Shown here piece by piece: positions 24,277-26,782 of a stretch of DNA of 26,782 nt. The DNA lies in contig DAOUGZ010000300.1 in assembly GCA_034428955.1 (NCBI GenBank), positions 1 through 26,782 on the forward strand. Reading direction: 5' to 3'. Position 1 is the first letter of the stretch. Each line of letters begins with the position of its first letter. The position numbers and the translations under genes are program-made. The DNA is from Anaerolineae bacterium. GTDB taxonomy: Bacteria; Chloroflexota; Anaerolineae; SpSt-313. Below the pieces are notes generated by a model, which was not told where the DNA came from, made no database searches, and saw nothing but the letters and a program-made list of their open reading frames with translations.

Positions 24277-24928
24277 ACACTTCCACATTGCCCTTGAGTC
24301 ATATCCGAACCAGGCCTGCCCTTTGTACTCTGTGTATCTTGCTCCATTATCTGTTTACCCTTTTCCCCAAGGCAAGCGCGCCCGCACAGCCCCCAGGGCC
24401 TCTTCCGGCGCACTCAACCCCCAAGAGTCGCCCTGTAGGCCCGCGCCCAGGCTATCAGAGCTTTCTGGGCGTATCCTCACATTCCTCCAGCGCCCCCTCC
24501 GGCGCCGGTGCACTCACTCGCCCTGGGCAACGCAGCAGCCGTTGCCCCAGCGCACGCCGTGCCGCAAGGAGCGGCGTGCGCAACTTGGCCGCGCCCCGGT
24601 AGCCAGCCCCTCCTTCAACCCATACCAGGAATCCGTTGCCGGCCTTGCCGCTCACGGTCACCTGCTGCTCAAAGGCCCCCTTGTGCTTGTCAAAGCATAC
24701 GGCGAGCCCCCGCCAAGAGCCGCTGGGCACCGGGGGTAACGCTCAAGGCGCTGCACACGCTGCAGCAGCCGAGCCTCGCCCCGCTGCGGCGGCGCTCGCC
24801 CGAGGGCGCCATTTCCAAAAGAGGGCGCCGGCTCAGATTAGCCGCCAGGGCGGGAATCGCCCCGGCCAAGCGCCTGCCAGGACGGCCGGCGAGGCTCTGA
24901 GAGTGAACATAAACGGGGTAAAATTAGG

Positions 24929-24977
24929 GTAAAACCTGCAAAACACCCATAAGTCTACCATAAAACCCTGCAAACAT
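24929..24977. repeat. AT-rich direct repeats GTAAAACCTGCAAAACAC / ATAAAACCCTGCAAACAT upstream of the MFS gene
   Basis: Two copies spaced about 31 bp apart sit inside the only AT-rich island (24905-24985) of the 1 kb gap. TTGACG follows at 25000. Confidence 0.4.
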
Positions 24978-25258
24978 AATGGTTCGCGCGGCGCGGGTTG
25001 ACGCGCTTGGGCCGGCACAGGCGGCCGCGAGGGGGCTCGGCATCGCGGCTGGGGCGGCAGAATCGCCGCCTACCGAAAGTGCACGTAAAGTATGCCTAAC
25101 ATAAAGTGCTCTCGCCCCCAGATCTACCTCGTGTCTTCAGACTCAGGCGGCTATATGTCAATACAACTTGGCACAGCCTCGCTGCCCGCAGGCACCTCGC
25201 TCCGACAGGCGCCGGCGCCTTTTCGCCCTCGCCGGGGACTCGTGCTACAATCGCCACT

Positions 25259-26542
25259 ATGAACAGTTTGCACTTGATGGCCGCCATCTCCTTCCTCGTC
25301 TTTATGGCCGCCGGCACCATCGGCCCCATGGATTCGCTGTACATGGAGTCGCTCGGCGCCAACTATATGGCTATCGGCCTGTTGGCGACGACCACCGCGT
25401 ACACGACGCTGTTCAGCTATCTGTGGGGCCGCGCGTCCGACCTGGCCGGCCGGCGCAAGGTCTTTCTCACCCTCGGCACGCTGACTACGTCCATGAGCTA
25501 CGGCCTGACCGCCCTGGCTCCCAACTATGTGGTCCTCTTCCCCCTGCGCATCGTCAGTGGGGCGGCGCTGGCCGCCTACAGCGTGGGCAGCCTGGCCCTG
25601 ATGGGCGATCTGCTGGAGAGGGAGGCTCAGTCGCGGGGGCGGCGCATCGGCACATTCCGTGGCCTGGGGTCACTGGGCTTTGGGGCCATGGCCTTTCTGA
25701 CCGGCAGCATTGCCGACCGCTTCTCCCTGCGTGCGCCCTATGCCCTGGCGGCCCTGCTGCTCTTTGCGGCATTCCTGTTGACCCTCGCCGTGCGCGAGCT
25801 CAGCCCTACCACAGGGGCGCCGGCGGCTGCCGGCGAGAGGTGGTTGCCGGCGCTGCTGCGTATCGTCTGGCGCGATGTGAGCGCCCTCGTGCGCCGGCTG
25901 TTCGCCGGGCGGCCGAGGCGGGCCAATGATCCCGCTCCCACCGCAAGCACCCGCTTGCCGTTGGCGCCGCTCCTGGTTTCAGCGTTCCTCTGGTCGCTGG
26001 TGACCGGAGCCGTCTATGCCGTGTGGGCCAACTATATGGTCAGCGAACTCGCCTACAGCCAGGCCACCATGAGCAGGCTGTGGTCGCTGGCATCCATGTC
26101 CGAATTGCCGCTGATGATCGCTGCCGGCTGGCTCTCCGACCGCATGGGGCGCCTGCCCGTGCTCTGCCTGGGCTTCTTGGCCTGGACGCTGGTCTTTGCC
26201 GGCTACGTCCTGACCCCAGACATGCCCTGGATCGTGGCCATCCAGTTGATTCGCGGTTTCGCCTACTCGGCCTTTACCGCTGCCGCCATGACCTATGCCG
26301 CCGAGGTGCGCTCGCGCTCGCAGCGCGGCACCGCGTCCGGCCTGTACGCCGCAGCTGGCGGCCTGGGTTCGATCCTGGGCTCCTCGCTGGGCGGCGCCCA
26401 GACCCAATGGATGGGCTTTCGGCCCATGATCGGCACCCACGCCGCGCTCATCTTTGCCGGCGCAGTGTACCTGGCCATCGTCATGGCCCGGCGCCCCGCT
26501 GCTGCCCGGCCCATCGCCGAAAGGTGGCCGGGGGCCGGTTAG
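25259..26542 (+). CDS. MFS transporter
   Basis: Twelve predicted TM segments and MFS motif A (GRASDLAGRRKV). I prefer the ATG at 25259 (MNSLHL...) over the upstream in-frame extension. The extended -10 TGCTACAAT ends 8 nt before the ATG. Confidence 0.75.
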   Translation: MNSLHLMAAISFLVFMAAGTIGPMDSLYMESLGANYMAIGLLATTTAYTTLFSYLWGRASDLAGRRKVFLTLGTLTTSMSYGLTALAPNYVVLFPLRIVSGAALAAYSVGSLALMGDLLEREAQSRGRRIGTFRGLGSLGFGAMAFLTGSIADRFSLRAPYALAALLLFAAFLLTLAVRELSPTTGAPAAAGERWLPALLRIVWRDVSALVRRLFAGRPRRANDPAPTASTRLPLAPLLVSAFLWSLVTGAVYAVWANYMVSELAYSQATMSRLWSLASMSELPLMIAAGWLSDRMGRLPVLCLGFLAWTLVFAGYVLTPDMPWIVAIQLIRGFAYSAFTAAAMTYAAEVRSRSQRGTASGLYAAAGGLGSILGSSLGGAQTQWMGFRPMIGTHAALIFAGAVYLAIVMARRPAAARPIAERWPGAG

Positions 26543-26679
26543 CATCACAGTCGAACTTGCCGGCCGGCGAGTGGGGCATCCGGCTGTGCTGCTCCGCGCA
26601 GGCCCTCCACAATCCCCACCCCCGTTAGGGCCGGGCGGCTGCTAAGCAGGTCAGCCGGCGGCAACCGGGTTCCAACCCA

Positions 26680-26708
26680 TTGACGGCGCGGGCAGAAGGA
26701 TGTATAAT
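26680..26708 (+). promoter_or_regulatory. strong sigma70 promoter TTGACG-17-TGTATAAT firing rightwards out of the window
   Basis: TTGACG at 26680-26685 and extended -10 TGTATAAT at 26701-26708. A 5' leader with GGGAAAGGA near 26765 follows. Confidence 0.55.
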
Positions 26709-26782
26709 ACATACTGAAATGTCAGTTGGCATTACACAATGGGGGGGCTACACCTTGCTGCTCAGGGAAAGGACTGTCTCTT

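Overview
This is a high-GC (roughly two-thirds G+C) bacterial chromosomal segment. GTG/TTG starts are frequent, GC3 is strongly skewed, and the terminator-like hairpins mostly lack U-tracts. That is compatible with a Chloroflexota-, Deinococcota- or Actinobacteria-like genome; I cannot assign the taxon from sequence alone. I can support about 20 protein genes plus regulatory elements. From left to right they are: a PanE/ApbA-family reductase (+); a minus-strand block made of a small hydrophobic protein, a CDF transporter with three tandem C-terminal domains, and a MntA/HepT toxin-antitoxin pair whose HepT has an in-frame TGA at the conserved Trp; a lipoprotein serpin; an APH-like kinase whose GTG start overlaps the stop of a flotillin gene, with an ANT(2'')-like nucleotidyltransferase upstream of that pair; and a DUF711 protein. 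These are followed by a hypothetical membrane-anchored protein (+), Hsp20 (-), a type II P-type ATPase (-) with a roughly 200-nt structured leader, a start-less metallophosphoesterase fragment (-), FtsK (+), TetR (-), a short kinase-tail-like ORF (+), MutS2 (+), an SPFH/Band-7 protein (-), a short RecQ (+), an ORF-poor roughly 1 kb GC-rich gap, and an MFS transporter (+). A strong promoter fires out of the right-hand window edge. I found no rRNA, tRNA, CRISPR array, integrase or transposase. Most of the interest lies in regulatory and repeat elements and in broken or unusual genes, not in one large novel system.
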